Source of the DNA: Methanocaldococcus indicus
GTDB taxonomy: Archaea > AGJL01 > Methanococci > Methanococcales > Methanocaldococcaceae
Assembly (NCBI RefSeq): GCF_049554935.1
Contig: NZ_CP186926.1
Location: forward strand, 256,001 to 320,000
Direction of reading: 5' to 3'
Length of the DNA stretch: 64,000 nucleotides
Numbering within the stretch: position 1 is the stretch's first letter; each line of letters begins with the position of its first letter. Of the stretch, positions 10,828-21,444 are shown piece by piece. The notes below the pieces were generated by a model. The model was not told where the DNA came from, did not search any database, and worked only from the letters and a program-made list of their open reading frames with translations. The translations under genes were made by a program, and so were the position numbers.

Positions 10828-11574
10828 TTTAACCATATACTTTTTTGATAATTTTGCACTATAATATCCAAAAGAACTACCAGATTTTAAAAATTTAAGA
10901 ACTTTTTCTATGTCATATATCTTTGTTGATGCTATATAATCAACATTGTACTCTTTTAAAAATTCTGGATACAATTGAGCTGTTGCTCCAACTAACACAT
11001 TTATTGAATTTTTTGCTCTATCTAAAATCATATCTATTGTATTGTTCAACAATGATGTTCCAGAGATAAAAACAACATCCATATTGGGAAGTAAGGAATA
11101 TTCATAACTGTCAGAATATACATTTTCATTTATATTCTTTGGATTTCTTTCAAAGATATATATTTCTAAGTTATTATAATTGTTTTTTAAGTATTTAACA
11201 ATAGGTGTCATATTTCCAATTAAAGCAACTTTTTTATTGTTATCTACAACATCTAACAGAGTTCTTTTAAAATCTTCTTCATCTAACTTTATATAGTATT
11301 GTGAGACTGCATTTATAAAAGCTAATGTTAAAGTTCTATCTACAATATCATAACTCTCAACTAAAAAATCATCAATATCTTTTTTTATTTCAAATCTCAT
11401 TTTTGGATGTATCTCCTCTAATAGCATCATTGCTACTCCTAAGGATTTGTTTCCTTCATCATCCTCAATTAATACATAACTATATGGATAAGAAAAAGAA
11501 AAATCAACTATTTGGAAGTCTGAATTTTTTATTAATTTTTTAGTTTTTTTAATAATATTGGAAAATATGGTCAT
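10822..11574 (-). CDS. DUF364 / Rossmann-like domain protein
   Basis: LAFINAVSQ, KVALIGNM, DVVFISGTSLLNNT, GAT motifs. Confidence 0.75.
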   Translation of the reverse strand: MTIFSNIIKKTKKLIKNSDFQIVDFSFSYPYSYVLIEDDEGNKSLGVAMMLLEEIHPKMRFEIKKDIDDFLVESYDIVDRTLTLAFINAVSQYYIKLDEEDFKRTLLDVVDNNKKVALIGNMTPIVKYLKNNYNNLEIYIFERNPKNINENVYSDSYEYSLLPNMDVVFISGTSLLNNTIDMILDRAKNSINVLVGATAQLYPEFLKEYNVDYIASTKIYDIEKVLKFLKSGSSFGYYSAKLSKKYMVKL

Positions 11575-12113
11575 AGTTCCAACCTCTTTAAAATCTCATT
11601 AAAAACATTATCTATACTTTTATTTGATGTATCAATAACAATAAAATTATATTCCTTAGCTAATTCTAAATACTTCTTTTGAACTTTCTCTAAAAAAGAT
11701 TTTTTTTCAAATAAGTCAGAAGTTTTTAATCTTTTTATAGCTTCATCAACATCAACAACTAACAGAAATACAACATCTGGCATTATTATATCTTTATTTA
11801 TATACTTAATAAATTCATCTTCAACTCCTAAAACAGATTGATATGCCAAAGTAGAAAAAAAGTATCTATCACAAATAACTCCTTTTTTTATATTTTCTTT
11901 AATAATTTTCTGATGTTCATATCTATCAGCAGTAAATAGTAGAGTTATTGCTTTACTATCTATATTTTTATTCTTTGTTAATATCTCTCTAATAAATTTT
12001 CCAATCTCTCCATCTGTTGGCTCTGCTGTCCAAAAATAACCTAAATGATTAGCCAACATCTTTGATATTGTTGTTTTTCCACTACCATCAATTCCTTCAA
12101 AAACTATAAACAC
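11571..12113 (-). CDS. tmk: Thymidylate kinase
   Basis: FEGIDGSGKTT P-loop, EP, LFTADR, DRY. Confidence 0.95.
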   Translation of the reverse strand: MFIVFEGIDGSGKTTISKMLANHLGYFWTAEPTDGEIGKFIREILTKNKNIDSKAITLLFTADRYEHQKIIKENIKKGVICDRYFFSTLAYQSVLGVEDEFIKYINKDIIMPDVVFLLVVDVDEAIKRLKTSDLFEKKSFLEKVQKKYLELAKEYNFIVIDTSNKSIDNVFNEILKRLEL

Positions 12114-12114
12114 T

Positions 12115-12822
12115 TTACAAAACCCCCAAAATTTTGTGTATTTGGATAGAAAACATTACATTATCTCCTAAATGTTCTCCACAAGCTTCCATAATTTTAA
12201 ATAGTTTTTCTTTTGGGATATTATAACCACTAACTGGTTGGATACATAATAATATATCTCCTATATTTGATAAATCCTTAGCTATATTTTTAATATCCTC
12301 TATCTTTGTATTTTCCATAATAACAACTTTTGCATATACATCTGTTTCTAAGTTGTAGAATTTTTCAATAGTTTTTAGTTCATTTTTATATATACTTGAA
12401 TAATTAACTATATTATTAAAATGTTCTTTAAGCTTAATATCTATTGAAGCAATATCAACATAAAAAACTCTTTCAGGATATATTCCATTACTCTCTAAAA
12501 AAGTTCTATACCCATTCTCTTTTAACATTTTATTTAATTCTTTACAAAACTTATAGTAGTATAGTGGCTCACCACCAGTAAAAGAGACAGCAAATAAGTC
12601 AGGAGTTTTTAATTTTTCAATAGAACTAAAAATATCATTTAAATTATAATTAATTTTTTTAAAAACTTCTGTTCCAGGTTTTACTTCTGCTCCTCTATAT
12701 GGTTTTTTATCTTCATCACAATAAATACATTTTAAAGGGCACTTATCAAATCTAACAAAAATAAATCTCCTACCTATATATTTCCCTTCTCCCATTATAG
12801 AGCTAAAAATTTCTTTAATCAT
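12115..12822 (-). CDS. queE: 7-carboxy-7-deazaguanine synthase (radical SAM)
   Basis: EIFSSIMGEG, CPLKCIYC (CxxxCxxC), TGGEP, QIHK. Confidence 0.85.
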   Translation of the reverse strand: MIKEIFSSIMGEGKYIGRRFIFVRFDKCPLKCIYCDEDKKPYRGAEVKPGTEVFKKINYNLNDIFSSIEKLKTPDLFAVSFTGGEPLYYYKFCKELNKMLKENGYRTFLESNGIYPERVFYVDIASIDIKLKEHFNNIVNYSSIYKNELKTIEKFYNLETDVYAKVVIMENTKIEDIKNIAKDLSNIGDILLCIQPVSGYNIPKEKLFKIMEACGEHLGDNVMFSIQIHKILGVL

Positions 12823-12895
12823 ATTTTCATTTTTAAAAAAGTTTTATAATAATAACAACAAAAAAATTAATAATTAATAATAATATAAAAAATAA

Positions 12896-13099
12896 TTATT
12901 TTTTTAAAGCCAATTTTATATCTTCAACTTTAACAGTTTTTCTCTTAGCATGTTTAGCTAACTCTACAGCTTCTTTTGCTATTTCTAATGCTATTTCTTC
13001 AATTGCTTCTGCTAAATATTCTGCTGCTGCTCTACTAACTCTCTCTGCTCCTGCCTTTTTTAAGATTCTTTCAAATGGTGCAACTGGAAGCTCTGCCAT
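12896..13099 (-). CDS. Archaeal histone (HMf family)
   Basis: [20 protein letters not shown]...[15 protein letters not shown] histone fold. Confidence 0.97.
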   Translation of the reverse strand: MAELPVAPFERILKKAGAERVSRAAAEYLAEAIEEIALEIAKEAVELAKHAKRKTVKVEDIKLALKK

Positions 13100-13144
13100 C
13101 TTATCACCTCAAAACCTTTCTATTATCTTTTTAATTAAAGATTT

Positions 13145-13162
13145 ATTATAAATACTTTTCGG
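13145..13162 (-). promoter_or_regulatory. Histone gene promoter (BRE + TATA)
   Basis: Minus strand CCGAAAAG-TA-TTTATAAT about 45 nt upstream of ATG; GAGGTGA RBS. Confidence 0.7.
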
Positions 13163-13200
13163 TTTTTTGGTTCTAATTGTGCTCAATATCTTTGTTAAAA

Positions 13201-14208
13201 TTATGGATGGAGAGATATATCCATCAACCCTAATTTTTCATCATATCCAAATAAGATATTCATATTTTGTATTGCTTGCCCACTTGCTCCTTTAACAAGG
13301 TTATCTATTGCTGATATAACAACTAACCTATCTCCTCCAACCTCTATACCCATATCACAAAAGTTACTACCTCTCACATAACTTAATTTTGGAGTATCAA
13401 CTAACCTAACAAAAAATTCATCTTTATAGAATTTTTCATATATATTAATTATTTCATCTTTTGATATACTATCTCTTAAAAATGTATGAGCTGTTGTTAA
13501 AATACCTCTTGTTATTGGAACTAAGTGTGGAGTAAAATAAATTTTAGCTTTTCCTAATTTATTTAACTTCTCTTCTATTTCTGGCTGATGTCTATGATTA
13601 ACTATTTTGTATGGATTTACATTTTCATTTACATTTGGAAAGTGTGTAGTTTCACTTGGATTTATTCCAGCCCCACTAACTCCTGTTTTTGAGTCAATAA
13701 TAATCCTTTCTTCAATTATATCATTTTTTACTGCTGGAGCTAAGGCTAATATTGCTCCAGTTGGGAAACATCCTGGATTTGCAACTAAATCAGCTTTTTT
13801 AATATCTTCTCTAAAAATTTCTGGTAATCCATATGCAATATTTACATCTGGCAAGCCTTTATGCTTAATTTTATAATATTTTTCATATAAATCTAAATTC
13901 TCAAATCTATAATCTCCACTTAAATCAATAACCTTTATTCCTCTCTCTATATACTTTGGAACTATTTCCATAGATGTTCCATGAGGAGTAGCTGTAAAAA
14001 CTAAATCAACATCCCCAACATCTTCTGTGAAGTATAAGTTTTCATATTTTTTAACACCTTTTAAAAATGGATAAACTTTAAAAAGATGTTTTCCTTTCTC
14101 TTTTCTTGATGTTATATATTTAACCTCTACCTCTGGATGTTTTGCTAAAAATCTTAACAATTCACTTCCTGTATATCCAGTAGCTCCTACAATTCCAACA
14201 GTAATCAT
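13201..14208 (-). CDS. argC: N-acetyl-gamma-glutamyl-phosphate reductase
   Basis: [35 protein letters not shown]. Confidence 0.96.
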   Translation of the reverse strand: MITVGIVGATGYTGSELLRFLAKHPEVEVKYITSRKEKGKHLFKVYPFLKGVKKYENLYFTEDVGDVDLVFTATPHGTSMEIVPKYIERGIKVIDLSGDYRFENLDLYEKYYKIKHKGLPDVNIAYGLPEIFREDIKKADLVANPGCFPTGAILALAPAVKNDIIEERIIIDSKTGVSGAGINPSETTHFPNVNENVNPYKIVNHRHQPEIEEKLNKLGKAKIYFTPHLVPITRGILTTAHTFLRDSISKDEIINIYEKFYKDEFFVRLVDTPKLSYVRGSNFCDMGIEVGGDRLVVISAIDNLVKGASGQAIQNMNILFGYDEKLGLMDISLHP

Positions 14209-14583
14209 CTACTCACCTAAATTTTTTCTTAGTTTATAGTAGTGGTACTCAACAGTTTTTAAATTTAACCCAGTTTTTTCAGCTATCTCTTTTGGTTTTA
14301 GATGAATATACTTCTTAATTATTTTATCTATATTTGTAGGTCTTCCTGTTTTAGGTTTTATTTTTATAATCTCTATCCCTACACCTTCCAAAGCCTTTAA
14401 TATCTTTTTTGAAGTTCTTTTATATTTTGATTCTGGTAAATATATCTTCTTTGGTTCAACATACTCTAAAAGAGCTATTGCAATATCTCTATCTATTTCT
14501 CTATTTATGTATATTTCATCAACATGTCCTATTTCTTCAATTTTTTTTAGAATATCTTCTTTTTTTCCATACAACTTAATCAT
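14209..14583 (-). CDS. DUF1699-like protein with C-terminal HTH
   Basis: IYLPESKYKRTS, TGRP linker and PKEIAEKTGLNLKTVEYHY HTH. Confidence 0.55.
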   Translation of the reverse strand: MIKLYGKKEDILKKIEEIGHVDEIYINREIDRDIAIALLEYVEPKKIYLPESKYKRTSKKILKALEGVGIEIIKIKPKTGRPTNIDKIIKKYIHLKPKEIAEKTGLNLKTVEYHYYKLRKNLGE

Positions 14584-15092
14584 TCTCTTTTCACTTTAAT
14601 GGCTTTTCTCACTATTTTTGAGCCACAAATTTCACATTCTCCTTCATAATCAATAGGATAAATCTTCTTACAACCTTTACAAACCTTTTTCCAAACAAAT
14701 GATTTATTAGTTTTATAAAAAATTCCTTCACAATCTAAATTTAGTTTTTTAGCAACATTTTGAATTCCAAAATCATCAGTTAAAATAGTTGCATTTAGTT
14801 GTAGAGAAAGAGCAACACATAAAATATCTTGATAAGAGAGATTATCTCCTGTCTCTTTCATAACTTCTTTAACTTTTTTAATATACTCTTCTTTTGGTTG
14901 GATTATTTTAACTTTTCCTAACTGTATAGCTTGATTTATAATAACTTTGTTCTCTTCTATCTCTTCCAAAGTTTCAGGAGTAATATAATATTCATAATCA
15001 TAATAATTTGGATTATATCCATGTATTATTGCAGAGGCATCTAAAACATACTTTTTATTCTTCTTTTCTTCTCTGTGAGATGAGATAAACAA
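14580..15092 (-). CDS. nob1: Nob1 endoribonuclease (PIN + zinc ribbon)
   Basis: [24 protein letters not shown]...CEICG; start TTG 15092 (5 nt after GGTGA) or GTG 15101, overlapping the MCP 3' end. Confidence 0.88.
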   Translation of the reverse strand: MFISSHREEKKNKKYVLDASAIIHGYNPNYYDYEYYITPETLEEIEENKVIINQAIQLGKVKIIQPKEEYIKKVKEVMKETGDNLSYQDILCVALSLQLNATILTDDFGIQNVAKKLNLDCEGIFYKTNKSFVWKKVCKGCKKIYPIDYEGECEICGSKIVRKAIKVKRE

Positions 15093-15792
15093 GCAAGTCA
15101 CCTAAATCTTTATTAAATTTTACTTGTAGTTTATGTAATTCTTCTAATGTCATAGCTAATCCAGATAATCCCTTTATATCATGAACAATTCCCTCTTGTT
15201 CTTTAGCTATATTATCTAATAATTTACTTATCTCAATTATTTTGTTTATATCCTCTCCTAACAAAGAAGTTCCAGCCTTAATCTTGTCAATAACCTCAAT
15301 AGCCTCCCTTAGTTTATTTAAATCTTCCATTATTTCTTCATTAAACTTTCTTATTCTTTTTGTTAATTGCATTGTTTGGTTTGCCATTCTTCTAATTTCA
15401 TCAGCTACAACAGCAAAACCTCTTCCATATTCTTTAGCTCTCTCAGCCTCAATAGATGCATTTAAAGCTACTAAATTAGTATGTTTAGCTACCTTACTGA
15501 TTTCTTCACTTATTTCAGAAATATATTTTAGATTCTCCACTAATTTATTGAATTCTTTAGAAAATATTTCTAATTTTTCAAAAAATGGTAAAAAGTCATT
15601 TCTAAACTTCTCTAATTCATCAACAATTTCAGAAAGTTTTTCTATATTATTTAAAATAATGTAGTTATTTTCTAAAAATTTTCCAGAGATTTCCTTAGCT
15701 AATGAGTCAATAATTTTTGAAGTCTCTTTACTTCCTGCTTCTAATCTTACTGCATCAGATAATATTTCACATGTTTTTTCAACTTCTTTCAT
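15055..15792 (-). CDS. Soluble (cytoplasmic) methyl-accepting chemotaxis protein
   Basis: [33 protein letters not shown] hairpin tip; no TM segments. Confidence 0.9.
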   Translation of the reverse strand: MKEVEKTCEILSDAVRLEAGSKETSKIIDSLAKEISGKFLENNYIILNNIEKLSEIVDELEKFRNDFLPFFEKLEIFSKEFNKLVENLKYISEISEEISKVAKHTNLVALNASIEAERAKEYGRGFAVVADEIRRMANQTMQLTKRIRKFNEEIMEDLNKLREAIEVIDKIKAGTSLLGEDINKIIEISKLLDNIAKEQEGIVHDIKGLSGLAMTLEELHKLQVKFNKDLGDLLVYLISQRRKEE

Positions 15793-15804
15793 AAATCATC
15801 CCCC

Positions 15805-16584
15805 TTACAATAAATCAACCCCACATTTTAGATTTTCTAAAAAGCTAAAGAATCTGTTTATATATTTTTTTGGAATTATAGAACCATGTTGTGGTAATAT
15901 AGCCTCTATATCATACTGTCTAACATTACTTAGCCACCATCTTAGTGCATGATTACTTGCCATTAACTTTTGATGTAGTGGTTTCATAGCTTCAATATGC
16001 TTATCTATATCCTCAACTACCAACTTTGGCTCATCTAATATAGCTATTCCAATATCTCCTGTAAATAGAAACTTACTTTTTCTATCATAAATAGAGTAAT
16101 GTCCTGGACTATGTAAATAATGGGCTGGAATAAACTCTAATGTTGTAGAACCAAACTTAATTCTATCTCCTTCATCTGGTAGAGGATATGCAACACTATC
16201 AACATCTTCAAAACCAAAGTGAGGTAAAAATCTAATCCACAACCAACTTGTAACTATCTTTGCATCTGTCAATGCTCTCCATAAAGGAATACTTCCAGCA
16301 ACATCTGGGTCTTGGTGACACATATAAATATATTTTATATTTTTAGGGTTTATATATTTTGATATATTAGATATAACTTTTGGAAATATTTTGTATCCTC
16401 CAGGGTCTAATAAAAATCCTTCTCTTCTACTAACAATTAAGTAACTATTAACATCAACATCTCCCTCTCCAATGTAAGTTCCTAAATACACTACTTTATA
16501 ATCTCCATCTTCAAAAAGCACATGGTCTTTCCTTGCATCCAATCCTTCCTTGATATAGTAGTTCAAAGTATCACCCCAATACAT
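15805..16584 (-). CDS. Oxygen-binding di-iron protein (ODP), metallo-beta-lactamase fold
   Basis: [25 protein letters not shown] motifs; no flavodoxin domain; directly upstream of a soluble MCP. Confidence 0.8.
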   Translation of the reverse strand: MYWGDTLNYYIKEGLDARKDHVLFEDGDYKVVYLGTYIGEGDVDVNSYLIVSRREGFLLDPGGYKIFPKVISNISKYINPKNIKYIYMCHQDPDVAGSIPLWRALTDAKIVTSWLWIRFLPHFGFEDVDSVAYPLPDEGDRIKFGSTTLEFIPAHYLHSPGHYSIYDRKSKFLFTGDIGIAILDEPKLVVEDIDKHIEAMKPLHQKLMASNHALRWWLSNVRQYDIEAILPQHGSIIPKKYINRFFSFLENLKCGVDLL

Positions 16585-16735
16585 CTAAAAACTTAATTAT
16601 ATAGCAATAATTAAACAATTATCATCTGTAATAATTAAAATCTTAAAAGTCAATTTATATAGTTCAAATCTTAATATTTGTTGTTTTATTTTTTTTATAC
16701 CCATACAAATATAAAAATACTATGTTTATTTAAGG

Positions 16736-17236
16736 ATGATTGCTATGCATAGAGTATTAAAAAATATTAATTATGGGATTATAACAGTTAGTACAAGTAG
16801 GTATAAAAATCTTATAGAAAATAAGAGCTTTACTGATGAATCTGGGAAGTTTTTAAAAGATGAGTTTAATGCAAAAGTACATCTATTGGTTCCTGACAAT
16901 GAGGAGATGATAATTGGAGCTATTAAGTTTATAGTTGAAGAATATGAAGATATAGATTGCATTATCTTAACAGGAGGAACTGGATTAGCTAAGAAAGATA
17001 TAACAGTTGAAGCATTAAAAAGGCTTGTTGAGAAGGAAATAGAAGGATTTAAAATTTTATTTTGCATGCTAAGTTTTGAAGATGTAGGGACAAGAGCTAT
17101 GTTATCAAGAGCTTTTGCAGGAATTTATAAAGATAAAGTTATATTTTCACTTCCTGGCTCTGTAAATGCTTGTAAGTTGGGAGCTAAATTAATTAAAAAA
17201 GAGATAGGACATATATTAGGACATGTAAGGGAATAG
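16736..17236 (+). CDS. moaB: MoaB/MogA molybdopterin adenylyltransferase
   Basis: ITVSTS, DESG, TGGTG..KDIT, SRA, LPGS. Confidence 0.88.
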   Translation: MIAMHRVLKNINYGIITVSTSRYKNLIENKSFTDESGKFLKDEFNAKVHLLVPDNEEMIIGAIKFIVEEYEDIDCIILTGGTGLAKKDITVEALKRLVEKEIEGFKILFCMLSFEDVGTRAMLSRAFAGIYKDKVIFSLPGSVNACKLGAKLIKKEIGHILGHVRE

Positions 17237-17238
17237 AG

Positions 17239-17610
17239 ATGTTAGAGAAAGTTATTAAAGGAATATTTAAAGAGTTTAATGTGAATGTAAAAAGAAAAAC
17301 TTTAGATGAACTCTTAAAGGAAGAGAGGCCTCATGTTATTATAAATGGTAAAAGACATAGGATTAAAAGAAGAGAATTGGATTTATTAAAAGAGATTGGA
17401 GATAAAGATTTAAAATTACCTATTGTTTTAGAGGTTCATGAGAATTTTATTGTAGTTAAAGGCAAAAAAGAGGTTAAAGTTATAGCTAAAATTTTAGATA
17501 AGGAAATTAATCCTTTTGAGGAGCCAGATATCCTCTATATATATAAACCAGAACTTAAAATTATTAGAAGAGAACTTCCAACTGCTACTCAATTAATCTT
17601 TAAATGGTAA
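17239..17610 (+). CDS. DUF61 (UPF0216) family protein
   Basis: RKTLDELLKEERP...H.IKRREL...LKLPI...RRELPTATQ. Confidence 0.7.
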   Translation: MLEKVIKGIFKEFNVNVKRKTLDELLKEERPHVIINGKRHRIKRRELDLLKEIGDKDLKLPIVLEVHENFIVVKGKKEVKVIAKILDKEINPFEEPDILYIYKPELKIIRRELPTATQLIFKW

Positions 17611-17688
17611 TATATAAATTTTTTATAGAAAGGTTTTTATAGAACTTCATAAACATTTTATTAAAAAATTTTAAGATGAGGTGAAAAA

Positions 17689-19389
17689 GTGTTTTTAAAG
17701 AAGAGACACTTAGAAATTATAAAGAAGATGAAAGAGACAGAAGAGCAAAAAGTTATTGAAAGTTCTCTACCAGAAGAGTTTAAAGTTAGAGCTTTAGAGT
17801 TGTTTATTTTAGGATTTGTTGAGTTAGAAGATGATAAAATAAAATTTACAAAAGCTGGAGAAAGACTTTTAAAATTAGTTGAAAAATTAGATTTAGAGAA
17901 AATTCCTGATGTATTTGTTGATTCTGAAATTATAAAAATCTTAGAGTTATTAGAAGAAACTGGAAATGTTCCAGAGGATTGGCTAACACTATTAAAAGAA
18001 AGATTTTTAGCTGATGATGAAGGTTTAAGTGAGATTGGAAAAGAAGTTTTAGAAATATATAGAGAGACACATCCAGTTTTATATTTAAATCCTGCAATAA
18101 TTGCATTTATAAGAGATATGCCAAAGATTGGAACTTATGATGAGTTGATAGTATATAAAGAAACAAAACCAAATGCAGACAACATAATAAATGCTTTACA
18201 AGCTATGAGATTATTATTAATTTCTCCAAAGACAGAAGGAGGAAAGGCATTTGCTACAACATCAGCAGTTAAGGAAATTTTAAAATTAATTAATTTAGTT
18301 CCTAATTTGAGCAGAACATTAATTTTAAGACAAGAAGATTTAGAGATGTTAGAAAGTGGTAAATCATCAAAAGAATTAGAAGAAAGTGGATTCTATAAGG
18401 ATGGAATAACTGAATTAGGACAACAAATGATTGACACATATAAAGAGATGGGAAAATCATTAGAGAAAGCACTACCTATTTATGTATTAGAGGATGAAAT
18501 TAAAGTTTTAAAGGCAATTGAAGAAATAGAAGAGAAGTATAAAACAAATCCAGAAATAATCCCAACATATAAAGAAATTGAAAAAAGAACACAAATAGAA
18601 GATTTAGGGGCAATCTTACATAGTTTAGAAGCTAAGGAACTAATTAAAAGAGAGGTTATAAAAGAGAAAGATTGTTATTGGTACACTGATTATGGAAAGA
18701 AAGCTAAGGACTTTGGATATGTAACAACTGATGGAATGAAAGCAGTAACATATCCAGAAGGTAATGATGTTCCAATAGCTGAATGGGTTATGAAAGGTAA
18801 AGAAGAAGGGACAGTTAAGAGAGGAATAACAGAAAAAGGAAAATTCTATATGAAGTTATCAAGAACTATTAAAAGAAAACCATACTTAACAAAGTATGAT
18901 ATATCATTGTTAGTTAAAACTCCAAAGAAAAAATATATTCACAGAGATGAATTAGTTAAATTAATTCAAGACCATGTTGGTGGAGCAGAAAAAGAAATTA
19001 TAAAAGCAATTGGAGAAGCTGAGTCTAAGGGATTTGTTGTTGAACTTCAAAATAAAATGGTTAAATTAACAGAATTAGGAGAAAAAGTTAAAGAAGCAAT
19101 AGAAAAAGCAAAAGTTCAAGAACTATTAAAAGTTAAATTTGCTATTACACCAACTACATACAACATATTAAAGGCTATATATGACAACAGAAAAGAGTTT
19201 GATAGAGTATATAAGGAGATGTTAGAAGGAAAAGCTCATAAAGAAAATGATATAATCTTATTAGCTAAGTTGTTACCACTAACTATTGATGAAATTAAGA
19301 AAAACATTGTTATATTGAGAGATACTGGATTTTTAGGTAAAAGAGGTTTAACTGATGCAGCAATTACATTAATTGAAGCTTATGAATAA
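17689..19389 (+). CDS. DUF505-like protein of tandem winged-helix repeats
   Basis: GAGGTGA RBS + GTG; repeated (L/I/F)TxxG wing motifs along 566 aa. Confidence 0.65.
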   Translation: MFLKKRHLEIIKKMKETEEQKVIESSLPEEFKVRALELFILGFVELEDDKIKFTKAGERLLKLVEKLDLEKIPDVFVDSEIIKILELLEETGNVPEDWLTLLKERFLADDEGLSEIGKEVLEIYRETHPVLYLNPAIIAFIRDMPKIGTYDELIVYKETKPNADNIINALQAMRLLLISPKTEGGKAFATTSAVKEILKLINLVPNLSRTLILRQEDLEMLESGKSSKELEESGFYKDGITELGQQMIDTYKEMGKSLEKALPIYVLEDEIKVLKAIEEIEEKYKTNPEIIPTYKEIEKRTQIEDLGAILHSLEAKELIKREVIKEKDCYWYTDYGKKAKDFGYVTTDGMKAVTYPEGNDVPIAEWVMKGKEEGTVKRGITEKGKFYMKLSRTIKRKPYLTKYDISLLVKTPKKKYIHRDELVKLIQDHVGGAEKEIIKAIGEAESKGFVVELQNKMVKLTELGEKVKEAIEKAKVQELLKVKFAITPTTYNILKAIYDNRKEFDRVYKEMLEGKAHKENDIILLAKLLPLTIDEIKKNIVILRDTGFLGKRGLTDAAITLIEAYE

Positions 19390-19525
19390 ATTATACTTTA
19401 ACTACTTAACTACAATTAACTATTTTTTTTTTTAGTTTTATTTTTTAAATTTTAGATATAGAATAAAATTTTTAAAGTAGGTATTATTATTTTCCCATTA
19501 AACTATAAAAAGTCAATTTTAAAAT

Positions 19526-20233
19526 GTGAAAATTATGATAGAAAGATTAATAAAATTAGCTGAAAAGATAGAAGACAAAGATTTAAGAGAAAAAGTTATA
19601 GATTTTATAAAAAATCCAAAAGCTACACATCCAGAGATAAAAGATACTGGTATAAGCTTAGAAGAATCTCCTGCAAGTATAAACTGGCACCATAGATATA
19701 AAGGAGGATTGATAGAGCACACTGAATCTGTGACAAAATTAGCTCTAAAAATGGCAGAAGTTTTTGAAGATGTCTATAATGTTAAAATAAATAAGGATTA
19801 TTTAATAGCTGGAGCTCTTTTGCATGATATTATGAAACCTTACAATTACATAAAAACAGAGGACGGTTTTGACCACATTGATTTGTTTAATTTAGACCAT
19901 CTCACATTAGCTGTTGCTGAACTATATAAAAGAAACTTTCCATTAGAAGTAATTAAAATAGTTGCTTCTCATCATGGAGAACATTCACCAACAAAGCCAA
20001 ACTCATTAGAGGCATTAATAGTCCATTATGCAGATGAAGCTGATTCTAAAATAAATGATGTTGCTGTAAGAGTTTGTTCTGCAAGAAGTAGAGATTTAGG
20101 GGTAGATGAACAAGATATATATGAAAAAATAACACCTCTAAAAGTTTATGAAGTTAGAAGTAGAGAAGGTAGAGAGAAAACTATAGAATTCTTAAAAAAG
20201 CTTTTAGATTTAATAGAAGAAAAAATAGATTAA
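19526..20233 (+). CDS. mptB: Dihydroneopterin 2',3'-cyclic phosphate phosphodiesterase (HD domain, methanopterin biosynthesis)
   Basis: SPASINWHHRY.GGLIEH, LLHD, SHHG, HYAD; near-identical in layout to MJ0837. Confidence 0.88.
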   Translation: MKIMIERLIKLAEKIEDKDLREKVIDFIKNPKATHPEIKDTGISLEESPASINWHHRYKGGLIEHTESVTKLALKMAEVFEDVYNVKINKDYLIAGALLHDIMKPYNYIKTEDGFDHIDLFNLDHLTLAVAELYKRNFPLEVIKIVASHHGEHSPTKPNSLEALIVHYADEADSKINDVAVRVCSARSRDLGVDEQDIYEKITPLKVYEVRSREGREKTIEFLKKLLDLIEEKID

Positions 20234-20244
20234 AAACTAAAAAA

Positions 20245-20321
20245 TGGAGCCTCGGGCGGGGTTTGAACCCGCGACCTCCTGCTTACCAAGCAGGCGCTCT
20301 ACCAGGCTGAGCCACCGAGGC
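20245..20321 (-). tRNA. tRNA-Thr(GGT), CCA encoded
   Basis: GCCTCGG acceptor, anticodon arm CCTGC-TTGGTAA-GCAGG, GTTCAAA T-loop. Confidence 0.96.
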
Positions 20322-20413
20322 GCATTATTACAATAATTCAGAACTCATATATATATTTTTCTGCGTAAAGTATATATATTAGTTCAACATTTAATAATAA
20401 ATCGCTTTTAAGT

Positions 20414-20489
20414 AGCCCGGTGGTGTAGCGGCCTATCATCCGGGGCTTTGGACCCCGGGACCGCGGTTCGAATCCGCGCCGGGCTGCCA
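20414..20489 (+). tRNA. tRNA-Gln(TTG), CCA encoded
   Basis: AGCCCGG/CCGGGCT acceptor (A1-U72), CGGGG-CTTTGGA-CCCCG, TTCGAAT. Confidence 0.96.
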
Positions 20490-20565
20490 ATTTTTTAGAA
20501 ATTATTATTTTTTGCTTAATTTTATACACTTCTTCATTAATTAATTTAAATAAATTGGTGAGAAT

Positions 20566-21444
20566 ATTATTACAAAACTTTTAAAGAATTTAAAAGAAGC
20601 AAAAGATGAAGATTTTAAAATTTTAAAAATAATTGAGTTAGAGATGAGAAGGCATGAATGGGTTCCTTTGGATGTTATAGTTAGAAGAGCTAATATGCCT
20701 GAGAAGGATGTTCTATATAGATTAAAAAGATTAAATAAATTTGAGTTTGTTGTTAGGAGTACTTATGGATATGCAGTTTCTGGGATGGGATATGATGCAT
20801 TAGCTTTGAATGCTCTCTATAAGAAAGGAATTTTAAAAGCTATTGGAAATAAATTGGGAGTTGGAAAAGAAGGAGATGTATATCTTGTTTTATTAAATGA
20901 TGATAGAGAAGCTGTATTAAAATTCCATAAGCATGGAAAGACATGTTTTACAAGAAGTAAGAGATATAGAGACTATTTAGCAGATAAACATCATATTAGC
21001 TGGCTGTATGTTTCAAGATTATCAGCAGAGAGAGAGTATAATATCTTAAATGAGTTGTTTCCATTAGTTAAAGTCCCAGAACCAATAGCTTGGAATAGAC
21101 ATGCAATAATTTTAGGAAAAGTAGAAGGAGAAGAATTAAAAAGAATTGATTTGGAAAAATTTTTAACAAAAGATGAAATAAAAAAACTGTTTTATGATGT
21201 TGTTGAAGAGATTAAAAAGGCTTATGATATTGGATACATTCATGGAGATTTAAGTGAATTCAATATTTTATACAATGGGGAGGATTTTGTAATAATTGAT
21301 TGGCCACAGGCAATAGAAAAGTATCATCCAGAGGCAGATTTTTATTTGAAGAGAGATATACACAATGTATGTAGATATTTTAAAAAGTATAAAATAGACA
21401 TTGATGAAAATAAAATATTTAAATATGTTAAAGGGATAGAATGA
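20566..21444 (+). CDS. rio2: RIO2-type Ser/Thr kinase
   Basis: HEWVP w[32 protein letters not shown]; N-terminus extended to proposed ATT start at 20566 (first ATG 20644). Confidence 0.9.
   Translation: MITKLLKNLKEAKDEDFKILKIIELEMRRHEWVPLDVIVRRANMPEKDVLYRLKRLNKFEFVVRSTYGYAVSGMGYDALALNALYKKGILKAIGNKLGVGKEGDVYLVLLNDDREAVLKFHKHGKTCFTRSKRYRDYLADKHHISWLYVSRLSAEREYNILNELFPLVKVPEPIAWNRHAIILGKVEGEELKRIDLEKFLTKDEIKKLFYDVVEEIKKAYDIGYIHGDLSEFNILYNGEDFVIIDWPQAIEKYHPEADFYLKRDIHNVCRYFKKYKIDIDENKIFKYVKGIE

Noticed and set aside
14580-15101. PIN protein as a VapC toxin with the neighbouring HTH gene as antitoxin
   Set aside because: The C-terminal Zn ribbon and TDD.GIQN motif identify Nob1, a ribosome biogenesis factor.
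15805-16584. FprA/F420H2 oxidase
   Set aside because: Lacks the flavodoxin domain and has HQDPD rather than HxExDH; fits ODP.
19397-19423. TTAACTA repeated three times after the DUF505 gene
   Set aside because: Short low-complexity repeat next to a T-tract terminator; no supporting context.
20338-20529. 63-aa ORF (and 54134-54316)
   Set aside because: Both overlap tRNA genes; spurious.
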